NCBI GenBank assembly: GCA_050944355.1
Contig: JBMNQX010000003.1
Span: forward strand, 29,136 to 61,135
Source of the DNA: Lachnospiraceae bacterium
GTDB lineage: Bacteria > Bacillota > Clostridia > Lachnospirales > Lachnospiraceae
Length of the DNA: 32,000 bases
Direction: 5' to 3'
Both the position numbers and the translations under genes were made by a program. This document shows positions 9,673 to 18,248 of the stretch, one piece after another. Under the pieces are notes generated by a model. That model was not told the origin of the DNA. It worked only from the letters and a program-made list of their open reading frames with translations, and made no database searches. Position 1 is the first letter of the stretch. Each line of letters opens with the position of its first letter.

Positions 9673-9825
9673 ATGGATTACGCAAAATCTGCACATGAAG
9701 TCCTTGTCAACATAGGCGGCAGGGACAATCTGGTGTCCGCCGCGCACTGCGCCACGAGACTTCGTCTTGTGGTGGCGGACAACAACAAGGTAGACAGAAA
9801 AAAGTGGAAGCGGTCGACGGCGTAA
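9673..9825 (+). CDS. N-terminal EIIB segment of sucrose-type PTS transporter (zero-frame part; frame ends at TAA 9823-9825)
   Basis: ATG 9673 reads [45 protein letters not shown]..., a clear EIIB start with the phospho-Cys in [16 protein letters not shown] upstream. The EIIB domain continues in the -1 frame after A_AAA_AAG. Confidence 0.88.
   Translation: MDYAKSAHEVLVNIGGRDNLVSAAHCATRLRLVVADNNKVDRKKWKRSTA
9798..9804 (+). other. Slippery heptamer A_AAA_AAG, or the site of a 1-nt deletion, where the PTS reading frame changes
   Basis: Zero-frame codons are AGA AAA AAG TGG (9796-9807). A -1 slip gives DRKK|[16 protein letters not shown], which is continuous with EIIB. The heptamer is in the correct phase (X XXY YYZ). 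Confidence 0.85.
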
Positions 9826-11567
9826 AGGGCGTGTTTGAGGCTTCCGGACAGCTGCAGGTCATTTTCGGAACCGGCACGGTCAACAAGGTCTTCGATGAGT
9901 TCATCAAAGAAGCCGGAATTGAGGCTGGAACGAAGGACGACGTGAAAGCGGCGGCGGCGCAGAAGCAGAACTTCTTCCTGCGCCTTGTCAAGACACTGGG
10001 CGATGTATTCGTTCCGATCATTCCGGCCATCGTGGCGTCCGGCCTGATGATGGGACTCGTGGAAGGCATCGGCAGTGCCATTCCGGCTTTCGCGGAATCC
10101 GACATCTATTCAATGCTCGATCTCTTTGCCAATGCGGCCTTCACGTTTCTCCCGATTCTGATTGCCATTTCGGCGGCCAAGGTGTTCGGCGCCAATATTT
10201 ATCTGGGTGCTGTCATCGGCATGATCATGGTTCACCCGAACCTGACCAACGCCTGGTCGGCGGCGGAAGCGATCGCCGACGGAACGATGAAAACCTGGAG
10301 CATTTTCGGACTCTACACCGTAAACCAGGTCGGATATCAGGGACACGTCATACCGGTCGTCATAGCCATCTTTGTGCTGTCGCGCATTGAAAAGAAACTG
10401 CACAAAGTTGTGCCGGAGATGATCGATCTGTTTGTGACGCCGCTCGTCTCCGTCATGGTTACCGCTTTCCTGACAATGGCCGTTATCGGACCGATCTTCG
10501 GCCAGCTTGAGACATGGGTTCTCTCAGGAGTACAGTGGCTGATCACGATTCCATACGGACTTGGCGCCATGATCGTCGGCGGTGTATATGCCATCACCGT
10601 TGTCGCCGGTCTGCACCATATGTACAACGCAATTGAGGCCGAGATGATCGCCGCTAACGGCAAGAACATCTGGATGCCGATCGCCACGGCGGCCAACGTC
10701 GCACAGGGCGGTGCGGCACTTGCCATCGCGCTGAAGACAAAGAACAAGAAGATCAAGGAGATGGCTCTCCCGGCTTCTCTTTCTGCGTTCCTCGGAATCA
10801 CCGAGCCGGCCATCTTCGGTGTCAACGTGCGCTATCAGAGACCGTTTATCGCCGGCCTGATCGGCGGTGCAGCAGGCGCCATGGTGGGCTCTATCACCGG
10901 AGTCTATGCGACAGCGTACGGCATCACCGGCCTGTTCGGTTTCCTGATCACGACGGACTCACTTGTAGGCTACGCGCTGGATATGGCGGTTGCCTTTGTC
11001 GTGTCCTTTGGAATTTCCTGGATTCTCGGGCTGAAACCGGAGGATGAAAATCCGGACAGCGCGGCACTCGAGGCTGAAAAGGCTGCTGAGGCCATTGAGG
11101 AGAATCCGACGCCGGCCGTTGAGAAGGATGAACATTTCAAAGAAGTCATTCCGGCCCCGATGGACGGAATTGTAATGCCGGTCACAGAGGCGCCGGATGA
11201 GACATTTGCCTCGGAAGCACTCGGAAAAGGAATTGCTGTGGATCCGGACGACGGCACGGTAAGAGCTCCGTTTGACGGTTCCGTGCTCATGCTGTTTGAC
11301 ACCGGACACGCCATCGCAATCCGCTCGGATATGGGCGTGGAAGTTCTGATTCACGTCGGGCTCGACACGGTAGGTCTCGGTGGCAAACCGTTCAGCTACA
11401 AAGTAGAAGATCAGGCACATTTCCACAAGGGCGACGTGCTGATGACGGCTGATCTGAACATGATCCGTGAAGCCGGCCTCAAGACCGTCACGCCGATGGT
11501 CGTGACAAATGTCGATGACTTTGCGAGCGTCACGGTGGAAAATAACTGCATTGTGGTGGAGAAATAA
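9804..11567 (+). CDS. scrA: PTS sucrose-type EIIBCA, remainder of EIIB plus EIIC and C-terminal EIIA (full -1 frameshift product would be 9673..11567, 631 aa)
   Basis: EIIB remainder [33 protein letters not shown]; [28 protein letters not shown]...[46 protein letters not shown]; Crr-like [27 protein letters not shown]...[21 protein letters not shown]. Sucrose assignment rests on the neighbouring scrB-like and LacI genes. Confidence 0.87.
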   Translation: MEAVDGVKGVFEASGQLQVIFGTGTVNKVFDEFIKEAGIEAGTKDDVKAAAAQKQNFFLRLVKTLGDVFVPIIPAIVASGLMMGLVEGIGSAIPAFAESDIYSMLDLFANAAFTFLPILIAISAAKVFGANIYLGAVIGMIMVHPNLTNAWSAAEAIADGTMKTWSIFGLYTVNQVGYQGHVIPVVIAIFVLSRIEKKLHKVVPEMIDLFVTPLVSVMVTAFLTMAVIGPIFGQLETWVLSGVQWLITIPYGLGAMIVGGVYAITVVAGLHHMYNAIEAEMIAANGKNIWMPIATAANVAQGGAALAIALKTKNKKIKEMALPASLSAFLGITEPAIFGVNVRYQRPFIAGLIGGAAGAMVGSITGVYATAYGITGLFGFLITTDSLVGYALDMAVAFVVSFGISWILGLKPEDENPDSAALEAEKAAEAIEENPTPAVEKDEHFKEVIPAPMDGIVMPVTEAPDETFASEALGKGIAVDPDDGTVRAPFDGSVLMLFDTGHAIAIRSDMGVEVLIHVGLDTVGLGGKPFSYKVEDQAHFHKGDVLMTADLNMIREAGLKTVTPMVVTNVDDFASVTVENNCIVVEK

Positions 11568-12925
11568 TGATAACTGACAGCAAATGGAACCCGAAGTTCC
11601 ACATTTTCCCGCAGGAGGGCGGCTGGGTCAATGATCCGAACGGCCTCTGCCAGATTGACGGGATCTATCACGTGTTTTATCAGTACCGGCCGGACGCGGC
11701 CGACGGCAGCGGCAGAGTCGCGTGGGGACATTCTGTCTCAAAGGACCTGCTGCACTGGGAATTCAGGGGCGCGCCCATCAAACCGGACACGGAGCTCGAC
11801 AAGAGCGGCGCGTATTCCGGATCGGCGCTGGTGGAAGACGGCGTGATGCATCTGTTCTACACCGGAAATGTGAAGCTCCCGGGCGACTATGACTACACGA
11901 CGGCCGGGCGGCTCTCCAACACGATTCTTGTGAGCAGCCGCGACGGCGGCGCCACATTCACGCCAAAGAAAGCCGTGATGACAAATGCCGACTACCCTCA
12001 GGATCTCAGCTGCCATATCCGGGACCCGAAGGTCTGGAAGAAAGACGGGACATACTATATGGTGCTCGGAGCTCGCACGAAAGCGGACAAGGGCGAAGTG
12101 ATCCTGTTTTCTTCAAAGGACAGAGAGCACTGGAAGACAGAAAAAATCATCACCACAAAAGAACCGTTCGGCTATATGTGGGAGTGCCCGGATCTGTTTG
12201 AACTGGGCGGAAAGAGATTTCTGTCGCTGTGCCCGCAGGGCATAAAGGCGCAGGGGATTCTGTACAACAACATTTACCAGTCCGGATACTTTGTCATGAA
12301 CGGCGATGAGCCGGAGGATTTCACGGAGTGGGACAGAGGCTTTGACTTCTATGCGCCGCAGAGTTTTGTGGATGAGAAGGGACGCCGGCTTTTCATCGGC
12401 TGGATGGGCATGTCGGACAGTCCGTTCCCGAACCCGTCCACGAAGGTGGGCTGGCAGCACATGCTGACACTGCCGCGCGTTCTGGAAACGTATGAGAAGG
12501 ACGGCAAAGTGCGGATTGCGCAGCGGCTGATCCCGGAGATCATTCAGCTTCACGGCGAGGCGGAAGAGATCACGGCGGGAACAGACAGTAAGCCGCACAG
12601 CTGCTTCCACGCGCAGTTTGACAATGACGGCCGCGATTTTGACGTGCGCTTCGGCGATATGGAACTTCACTACAGTCAGGCGCAGGGCCGCATGGCGCTG
12701 GTCTTCACGAACTGGACCAACAGTATCGGCGCGGGGCGCTCGGGCAGACGGGCCATCACAGGCGATGTGAAAAAGCTTGACATCATCGTCGACGTCTCGT
12801 CGGCGGAAATTTTTGTCAACGGCGGAGAGGAAGTCTTCACGACGAGGATTTATCCGGAGAGTGCGCTGCCTCTTCACACGTACGGAAAGGGACTGACGGG
12901 CCGGATTTATGACCTGAAAGTTTAA
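11567..12925 (+). CDS. scrB: Sucrose-6-phosphate hydrolase / GH32 beta-fructosidase (452 aa)
   Basis: GH32 motifs WVNDPNG (nucleophile Asp), FYQYRP, SCHIRDPKVWKK (RDP), WECPDLF (EC acid/base), FYAPQSF. ATG overlaps the PTS stop codon (TAATG). Confidence 0.95.
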   Translation: MITDSKWNPKFHIFPQEGGWVNDPNGLCQIDGIYHVFYQYRPDAADGSGRVAWGHSVSKDLLHWEFRGAPIKPDTELDKSGAYSGSALVEDGVMHLFYTGNVKLPGDYDYTTAGRLSNTILVSSRDGGATFTPKKAVMTNADYPQDLSCHIRDPKVWKKDGTYYMVLGARTKADKGEVILFSSKDREHWKTEKIITTKEPFGYMWECPDLFELGGKRFLSLCPQGIKAQGILYNNIYQSGYFVMNGDEPEDFTEWDRGFDFYAPQSFVDEKGRRLFIGWMGMSDSPFPNPSTKVGWQHMLTLPRVLETYEKDGKVRIAQRLIPEIIQLHGEAEEITAGTDSKPHSCFHAQFDNDGRDFDVRFGDMELHYSQAQGRMALVFTNWTNSIGAGRSGRRAITGDVKKLDIIVDVSSAEIFVNGGEEVFTTRIYPESALPLHTYGKGLTGRIYDLKV

Positions 12926-12988
12926 GAGCCGGTTCCCGTGCATTTCGGGCCGGCCGGGCACGAAAAGAAAAGGAGATACGGAAAAACT

Positions 12989-13618
12989 ATGATTAAACTG
13001 GAGCGGACGGCTGTCATGAACTTTGAGAATGCCATGAGAGGCGCAAGAAACCCGATGAACAGCTGGGCGAGAAGCGACAGCCACACTGCCCCGGACGGGA
13101 CGTTCACCTTTGGACCGAACGACTTTGATCTGGCAAAACGGCTCGCGAGGGCCGGCTCGGATCACCGCAAGTTCATCCGGCAGATCTTTGTGTCGGTTGA
13201 CATCACGGCGCCGCTCTACTGGTGGAAGGAATTCGATACGTACAAGGTCGCCACGGTGGCCAACTCGACGTCGACGATGCACAAGATCCACGCCAAGCCG
13301 TTTGAGCGCGCTGATTTCTCCTGCGATCACATGGACGAAAAGACGCTTGCGATGCTCGACGAAGTGATTGCGTATCTCGAGAGCGTCCGCCAGGAGTATG
13401 TAAAGACAAAGGACAAACAGCTCTGGTACGACATGATCCAGCTTCTGCCCGAGAGTTACAACCAGATGCGGACGATCACCATGAATTATGAGACGCTCGT
13501 GAACCAGTACTACGCGAGGCGCGATCACAAGCTTCAGGAGTGGCACGAGTACTGCCGCTGGGTCGAGACGCTCCCCTACTTTAAAGACCTGTTTATCGAT
13601 CAGGATATCTCAAGATGA
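12989..13618 (+). CDS. Conserved protein, possible divergent ThyX-fold (FAD-dependent thymidylate synthase-like) protein, 209 aa
   Basis: Strong SD (AAAAGGAGA) and ATG at 12989. Contains FDLAKRLARAGSDHRKFIRQIFVSVDITAPLYWWKEFDTYKVATVANSTSTMHKI. CDS call is solid; the family assignment is from memory and weak because the ThyX RHR signature is absent. Confidence 0.6.
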   Translation: MIKLERTAVMNFENAMRGARNPMNSWARSDSHTAPDGTFTFGPNDFDLAKRLARAGSDHRKFIRQIFVSVDITAPLYWWKEFDTYKVATVANSTSTMHKIHAKPFERADFSCDHMDEKTLAMLDEVIAYLESVRQEYVKTKDKQLWYDMIQLLPESYNQMRTITMNYETLVNQYYARRDHKLQEWHEYCRWVETLPYFKDLFIDQDISR

Positions 13619-13659
13619 ACCGGAAGCCCTGAAATTTAATCCGGGCAGAATGAAAACAA

Positions 13660-13703
13660 GGCTGCTGTCCTGGTGTAAAAGCACCGGGGCAGCAGCCTTT
13701 TAT
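13660..13703. terminator. Probable bidirectional intrinsic terminator between convergent genes
   Basis: GGCTGCTGTCCTGGTG (13660-13675) / CACCGGGGCAGCAGCC (13682-13697), 16-bp stem with two G-U pairs and loop TAAAAG. Followed by TTTTAT and preceded by AAAACAA, which provides a partial U tract for minus-strand transcripts. Confidence 0.9.
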
Positions 13704-13729
13704 CTGCGGATTTTTTCGGGACACGGCTG

Positions 13730-15001
13730 TCAGTTCGCCTGATTCAGCTCTTCGGCCGTGGGCAGTCTGGTCTCGCCCGTGCGCAGCCCCTGCATATACT
13801 GATGCATGGACTCTGCGACGATCTTTGAGTGGGCGACGGCCTCTACGACAGTGCGGGCTCCGGCGACAACGTCACCGGAAGCGAAAATCCCGGGAACTGA
13901 CGTGTGACCGGTGTCGTCGGCCTCCAGAAGGCCTTTGTTATTGGTCTGCAGACCTCTTGTCGAGTTGACGAGGCGGTTCTGCGGCCCCTGGCTGATGGAG
14001 ATGATAACGGAATCTGACGGGAAGAACTTGTCGCTGTCCGGGATCTCTTTGAGACTCCCGTCTTCCTGCTCTTCAACTTTGCGGAAAATGACTCCGTCAT
14101 CCCTGATTTCAATCGGTTTCCAGTTGTACTCGAAATCGACGCCTTCAAGCTGCGCATAGCTGAATTCATGCTGGCTGGCGGCGATTTTCTTTGTCAGCGA
14201 GAAGCAGGTCAGATGGCGCACGCCTTTGCGGATCGCGGTGCGGGCGACGTCCATTGCGGCGTTGCCGGCGCCGATGACTGTCACGCGGCTTCCGAGCTGA
14301 TAGCTGTCCGGGTTGTTCAGATAGTTGATGCCGAAATGCACGTTTCCGAACGTCTCGCCTTTGATGTGCAGTACATTCGGCTTCCACACGCCGGTTCCGA
14401 TGAAGATCGAGTTGTAGCCGTCCCGGAACAGATCGCTGATGGTGATGGCCATGCCGATCGTGGTGTTCGGACGGATTTTGATGTCCTTCATGCGGAGATG
14501 CCGGTATTCAAAGTCGTCGAGCACCGATTTGGGAAGGCGGAATTCCGGAATGCCGTAGCGCAGCACGCCGCCGATCTTGTCTTTGCCCTCGAAGATCGTG
14601 ACGTCGTAGCCGTAGCGGGCAAGAATGACGGCGATTGTGAGGCCGGCCGGTCCGGAGCCGATGATGGCGACTCTCTGGCCGTTCTTTTTGCTCGGCCCTT
14701 TTGTCATCTGATTGGCATACGTTTCCGAGATATAGTTTTCGATGATTGAGAAATGAACCGGCGCGCCCTTGATACCGCGCACACAATGGCCTTCGCACTG
14801 ATTTTCGTGATTGCAGATCAGAGAGCAGACGGTTGTGAGCGGATTGTTCTCGAAGAGCATCCAGCCGGCTTCATTGAGCTTTCCCTCGCGCAGAAGACGG
14901 ATTACCGTCGGAATGTCGGTGTGAATCGGGCAGCCCTGACGGCAGCGCGGATTCTTGCACTGGAGACAGCGCGAAGCTTCGTCGAGTACGTGAAGTGACA
15001 T
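13730..15001 (-). CDS. NAD(P)-dependent oxidoreductase, glutamate synthase small-subunit (GltD)-like, stand-alone
   Basis: N-terminal Cys-rich Fe-S region (ASRCLQCKNPRCRQGCPIHTDIP...CSLICNHENQCEGHC), FAD-binding VAIIGSGPAGLTIAVILARYGYDVTIFEG, IGGVLRYGIPEFRLPK, NADPH-binding VTVIGAGNAAMDVARTAIRKG, GIFASGDVVAGARTVVEAV. Confidence 0.93.
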   Translation of the reverse strand: MSLHVLDEASRCLQCKNPRCRQGCPIHTDIPTVIRLLREGKLNEAGWMLFENNPLTTVCSLICNHENQCEGHCVRGIKGAPVHFSIIENYISETYANQMTKGPSKKNGQRVAIIGSGPAGLTIAVILARYGYDVTIFEGKDKIGGVLRYGIPEFRLPKSVLDDFEYRHLRMKDIKIRPNTTIGMAITISDLFRDGYNSIFIGTGVWKPNVLHIKGETFGNVHFGINYLNNPDSYQLGSRVTVIGAGNAAMDVARTAIRKGVRHLTCFSLTKKIAASQHEFSYAQLEGVDFEYNWKPIEIRDDGVIFRKVEEQEDGSLKEIPDSDKFFPSDSVIISISQGPQNRLVNSTRGLQTNNKGLLEADDTGHTSVPGIFASGDVVAGARTVVEAVAHSKIVAESMHQYMQGLRTGETRLPTAEELNQAN

Positions 15002-15081
15002 AATTGGGATCCTTTCCCAGGTCTTTTTGCGTAAAATAATGGGTCTGAGACCTTGGCACGAAATATTTTCTGGCTCTTATT

Positions 15082-15110
15082 ATTATAGAATCCGGCGCCG
15101 ATGTTGACAA
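15082..15110 (-). promoter_or_regulatory. Putative sigma-A promoter for the GltD-like gene (TTGTCA-N17-TATAAT on minus strand)
   Basis: Minus-strand -35 TTGTCA (15110-15105), 17-nt spacer, -10 TATAAT (15087-15082). Confidence 0.8.
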
Positions 15111-15132
15111 GTGAGATGGTGAATGTTATATA
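15104..15132 (+). promoter_or_regulatory. Putative sigma-A promoter for hup (TTGACA-N17-TATATA)
   Basis: -35 TTGACA at 15104-15109, 17-nt spacer, -10-like TATATA at 15127-15132, upstream of ATG 15187. Confidence 0.75.
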
Positions 15133-15186
15133 TTTCAGTAGGGCTTGAAAACAGCGAATTTATGCGATTAAGGAGAGTTTTTTACC

Positions 15187-15462
15187 ATGAACAAGACCGA
15201 ATTGACAGCAGAAATTGCCTCCAAGACAAATCTGACCAAGAAGGACTGCGAGAGCTTTTTGAACGCATTCACTGACGTTGTCACCGATGCACTCTCAAAA
15301 GGCGAAAAGGTTCAGATGATCGGCTTCGGTTCGTTTGAAGTCATCAAGAGATCGGAGAGAACCGGTAAGAATCCGCAGACTGGCAAGACGATCACCATTG
15401 CGGCTGTAAAGGCGCCGAAGTTCAGACCCGGCAAGGCTCTGAAGGACGCTGTAAACGCCTGA
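15187..15462 (+). CDS. hup: DNA-binding protein HU
   Basis: MNKTELTAEIASKTNLTKKDCESFLNAF...IGFGSFEVIKRSERTGKNPQTGKTITIAAVKAPKFRPGKALKDAVN; AAGGAGAG SD. Confidence 0.97.
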   Translation: MNKTELTAEIASKTNLTKKDCESFLNAFTDVVTDALSKGEKVQMIGFGSFEVIKRSERTGKNPQTGKTITIAAVKAPKFRPGKALKDAVNA

Positions 15463-15487
15463 ATCGGGGAAAGCAATCGCTCAGCAG

Positions 15488-15519
15488 GGAGGAAACGGGC
15501 AGAAACCGTTTCCTCCTTT
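15488..15519 (+). terminator. Intrinsic terminator or attenuator-like hairpin after hup
   Basis: GGAGGAAACGG (15488-15498) pairs perfectly with CCGTTTCCTCC (15506-15516), followed by TTTCTGTCTTT (imperfect U tract). Confidence 0.7.
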
Positions 15520-15547
15520 CTGTCTTTATACACAAAGGAGATGCACA

Positions 15548-15787
15548 ATGCGCCTTGACAAATTCTTAAAAGTATCCCGCCTGATCAAGCGCAGGACTGT
15601 GGCAAATGAGGCGTGTGACGCGGGGAGAGTTTCGATCAACGGACGTCCGGCCAAAGCCTCAGCGGACGTGAAAGCCGGCGACATTCTTGAGATTCAGTTC
15701 GGCAACCGCGACGTGAAAGTCCGCGTAAAAGATGTGAAAGAAACAATTCACAAAGAAGATGCTTCGGAAATGTTTGAATATCTGTAA
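15548..15787 (+). CDS. rqcP: S4-domain RNA-binding protein (RqcP/YabO/Hsp15 family)
   Basis: MRLDKFLKVSRLIKRRTVANEACDAGRVSINGRPAKASADVKAGDILEIQFG, typical 79-aa S4 protein adjacent to hup and divIC. Confidence 0.88.
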   Translation: MRLDKFLKVSRLIKRRTVANEACDAGRVSINGRPAKASADVKAGDILEIQFGNRDVKVRVKDVKETIHKEDASEMFEYL

Positions 15788-15800
15788 AATGTGCTATACT
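15773..15800 (+). promoter_or_regulatory. Candidate extended -10 promoter upstream of divIC (TTTGAA-N16-TATACT preceded by TGC)
   Basis: TGCTATACT at 15792-15800 gives an extended -10. The -35 match is weak, TTTGAA at 15773-15778. Confidence 0.4.
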
Positions 15801-15855
15801 ATAAATTACTGCTAATATAGTATTTCTAAGAGCATCACCGGAAAGGAGGAAGCAG

Positions 15856-16197
15856 TTGGCACACGGAAAGTATCTAACGGCCAAAGTGAGAGAGCGCAAA
15901 ATGCGCCGCAGAAAGAAAACAATTCAGATAGGCGCCATTGCCGCCGCTGCAGCCATTGTTCTCCTGGCTGCCATTCTTGTGGTCAACGGTCTTCAACTCA
16001 GTGCGAAGAATCAGCAGTACGAGGAGCAGATTGCAAGCCTGGAGGAACAGGTCGCTCTTCAGGAAGAGCGGCAGCAGACCATAGAGGCTGAAGAAGAGTA
16101 CATGCAGACGCAGGATTACGTGGAGGAGATTGCGCAGGAAAAGTTCGGACTCGTGTATCCGGATGAAATTATTTTCCGCGCTGTCAGCGGACAATGA
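15856..16197 (+). CDS. divIC: Septum formation initiator family protein (DivIC/FtsB-like)
   Basis: Short basic N-terminus, one TM helix (IQIGAIAAAAAIVLLAAILVVNG), coiled coil (QQYEEQIASLEEQVALQEERQQTIEAE), C-terminal DYVEEIAQEKFGLVYPDEIIF. TTG start after AAAGGAGGAAG. Confidence 0.85.
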   Translation: MAHGKYLTAKVRERKMRRRKKTIQIGAIAAAAAIVLLAAILVVNGLQLSAKNQQYEEQIASLEEQVALQEERQQTIEAEEEYMQTQDYVEEIAQEKFGLVYPDEIIFRAVSGQ

Positions 16198-17645
16198 CAG
16201 AAAAAAGCAAAAGCAGGAAGCCGGATGAAAGGCAGGAGAAGATCCTGATCACCGTCCGGGATTTCTGCAGAGAGAATGATCTGTTCGGAGGCTGCCGGGC
16301 AGTCTACGCCGGTGTTTCAGGCGGGGCTGATTCGGTATGCCTCCTGTTTATTTTACAGCGCCTTTTTTCGAGGATGCCGGAAGACAGGCGCCCGAGCCTG
16401 ACGGCCGTACATGTGCATCACGGCATCCGGGGCGCCGAGGCGGACAGGGATGCGGAGTTCACGCGCCGGCTGTGCGCCGGGCTGGGCGTTGCATTTGTTA
16501 TGAAAAGAGTTGACGCGCCGGCGTTTGCGAGGGAAAAGAAGCTGTCGCTCGAGGAGGCGGCGAGGCAGCTGCGGTATGCGGCGCTCCGCGAGGCGGCGGA
16601 CGGAAACCCGATCGCGGTGGCGCACACGGCGAGCGATCAGGCGGAGACGCTGCTGTTCAGGCTTGCGAGAGGAACGGGCGTGCGCGGTCTTGCCGGCATG
16701 AGTCCGAAAACCGGTGATATCTGCCGTCCGCTGCTGTGCCTCACAAGACAGGACACGGAAGCGTTTCTTTTGGCTGAGGGGCAGCCGTTTGTGACGGACA
16801 GCACGAATTTCGGGCGTGACAACGCGCGCTCTATTCTGCGCGCGGATGTGCTGCCGGGGCTCACAGAGGTGAATTCGCAGGCCGTGAGGCATATCGCCAG
16901 AACGGCGGAAGAGCTCGCACAGGCAGAAGAACTGATCCGTGCTCTAAGCAGTGATCTTCTTGAGAAAGCCGGCCGGGACGCGAAGTCCGGCATTCTGCTT
17001 GACATCAGAACACTTAAGGCGGCGCCGGAAATTGTCGGCCGGCGGGCCGTTTTATCGGCGCTGATAAAATCGGCGGGCCACGAACGGGATATTCAGGCGG
17101 TGCATGTACAGGCCGTCTGTGACCTGATGAATGAAGAGACCGGGGCGAGAGTCTGCCTCCCGTACGGCGTGCAGGTGCGCCGGGAATACGACTGTCTGCA
17201 CTTTTTCAGAGGAGAGCCTGCGGAGCGGAAAGCACGCTTTGCGCCGCAGGCTCTCGGGGGAAAAGACCGGGAAGAGCTTGAGAACGGCGGAAAAGTCATT
17301 AAATTCTTCGGACCATGGCGGGCAGAGTTTGTACTGGTTCCAAAATTTGCGCGGGATGAGGATAATGAGTTCACGAAGTTCTTTGATTATGATAAAATGA
17401 AACATGAATTACTGTTCAGAAACGCGGCAGAAAACGATTTTATGCAGACCGGCAGACAGTCCCGGGCAGCGCTTGTCAAGGTCTTCCGTGACAGGAAAAT
17501 CAGTCAGGAACAGCGCGGGGAAGTGCCGCTTGTGGCCGCGGGGAGCGAGGTATACTGGGCTGTCGGCGTAAGACGCAGCCAGGCCGCGCTCATCGATGAG
17601 CAGACAAGAAGGATACTGCGCCTGAGCGTTGCGAGGACGGATTGA
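16194..17645 (+). CDS. tilS: tRNA(Ile)-lysidine synthase TilS
   Basis: PP-loop VSGGADSVCLLFIL, HHGIRGAEADRDAEF, HTASDQAETLLFRLARGTGVRGLAGM, RPLL...; ATGA overlap with divIC, followed by hpt and ftsH in the conserved order. Confidence 0.93.
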   Translation: MTEKSKSRKPDERQEKILITVRDFCRENDLFGGCRAVYAGVSGGADSVCLLFILQRLFSRMPEDRRPSLTAVHVHHGIRGAEADRDAEFTRRLCAGLGVAFVMKRVDAPAFAREKKLSLEEAARQLRYAALREAADGNPIAVAHTASDQAETLLFRLARGTGVRGLAGMSPKTGDICRPLLCLTRQDTEAFLLAEGQPFVTDSTNFGRDNARSILRADVLPGLTEVNSQAVRHIARTAEELAQAEELIRALSSDLLEKAGRDAKSGILLDIRTLKAAPEIVGRRAVLSALIKSAGHERDIQAVHVQAVCDLMNEETGARVCLPYGVQVRREYDCLHFFRGEPAERKARFAPQALGGKDREELENGGKVIKFFGPWRAEFVLVPKFARDEDNEFTKFFDYDKMKHELLFRNAAENDFMQTGRQSRAALVKVFRDRKISQEQRGEVPLVAAGSEVYWAVGVRRSQAALIDEQTRRILRLSVARTD

Positions 17646-17675
17646 GTCTCCTTAAGGCGGGCGGAAAGGAAATCC

Positions 17676-18209
17676 ATGGACAATAATATCTACAGCAACA
17701 TCAGTGTGCTGATTGATGAAAAGACGCTCAACAAGCGCATTCAGGAACTCGGGGAGACCATCAGCCGCGACTATGCGGGCCGCGAACTGAAACTGATCTG
17801 TATTCTCAAAGGCTCGGTTTTATTTATGAGTGAACTGGCAAAGCGCATCACGGTGCCGGTTCTGTTCGATTTCATGCAGGTATCCAGTTATGGCTCCGGG
17901 ACGAAAAGCAGCGGTTCCGTCAAAATCAAAAAGGACCTGGACGAAGACATCGCCGGTCAGGATGTGCTGATTGTGGAGGATATCATTGACTCCGGAAACA
18001 CACTGTACAAGCTGACGCCGATTTTAAAGGCGAGAAATCCGAAATCGCTTAAAGTTGTGTCGCTCCTCGACAAGCCGGAGCGCCGGGAAGTGCCGTTTCA
18101 GGCCGACTACCGCGGATTTGACATTCCGGATGAATTCGTCGTCGGGTTCGGACTGGACTATGACCAGAAATACCGCAATCTTCCCTATATCGGAATTCTT
18201 CATCTTTAA
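17676..18209 (+). CDS. hpt: Hypoxanthine phosphoribosyltransferase
   Basis: LKLICILKGSVLFMSELAKRI...FMQVSSYG...DLDEDIAGQDVLIVEDIIDSGNTLYKL (PRPP-binding motif). Confidence 0.95.
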   Translation: MDNNIYSNISVLIDEKTLNKRIQELGETISRDYAGRELKLICILKGSVLFMSELAKRITVPVLFDFMQVSSYGSGTKSSGSVKIKKDLDEDIAGQDVLIVEDIIDSGNTLYKLTPILKARNPKSLKVVSLLDKPERREVPFQADYRGFDIPDEFVVGFGLDYDQKYRNLPYIGILHL

Positions 18210-18248
18210 TTTCTGGGCAGAAGCGGCCAAGGAGAGAATCAAAGCTGT

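Noticed and set aside
12113-13546. 477-aa minus-strand open frame opposite scrB and the ThyX-like gene
   Set aside because: It spans two well-supported plus-strand genes and their intergenic gap, has low-complexity basic composition and no motif; an antisense artefact of codon bias.
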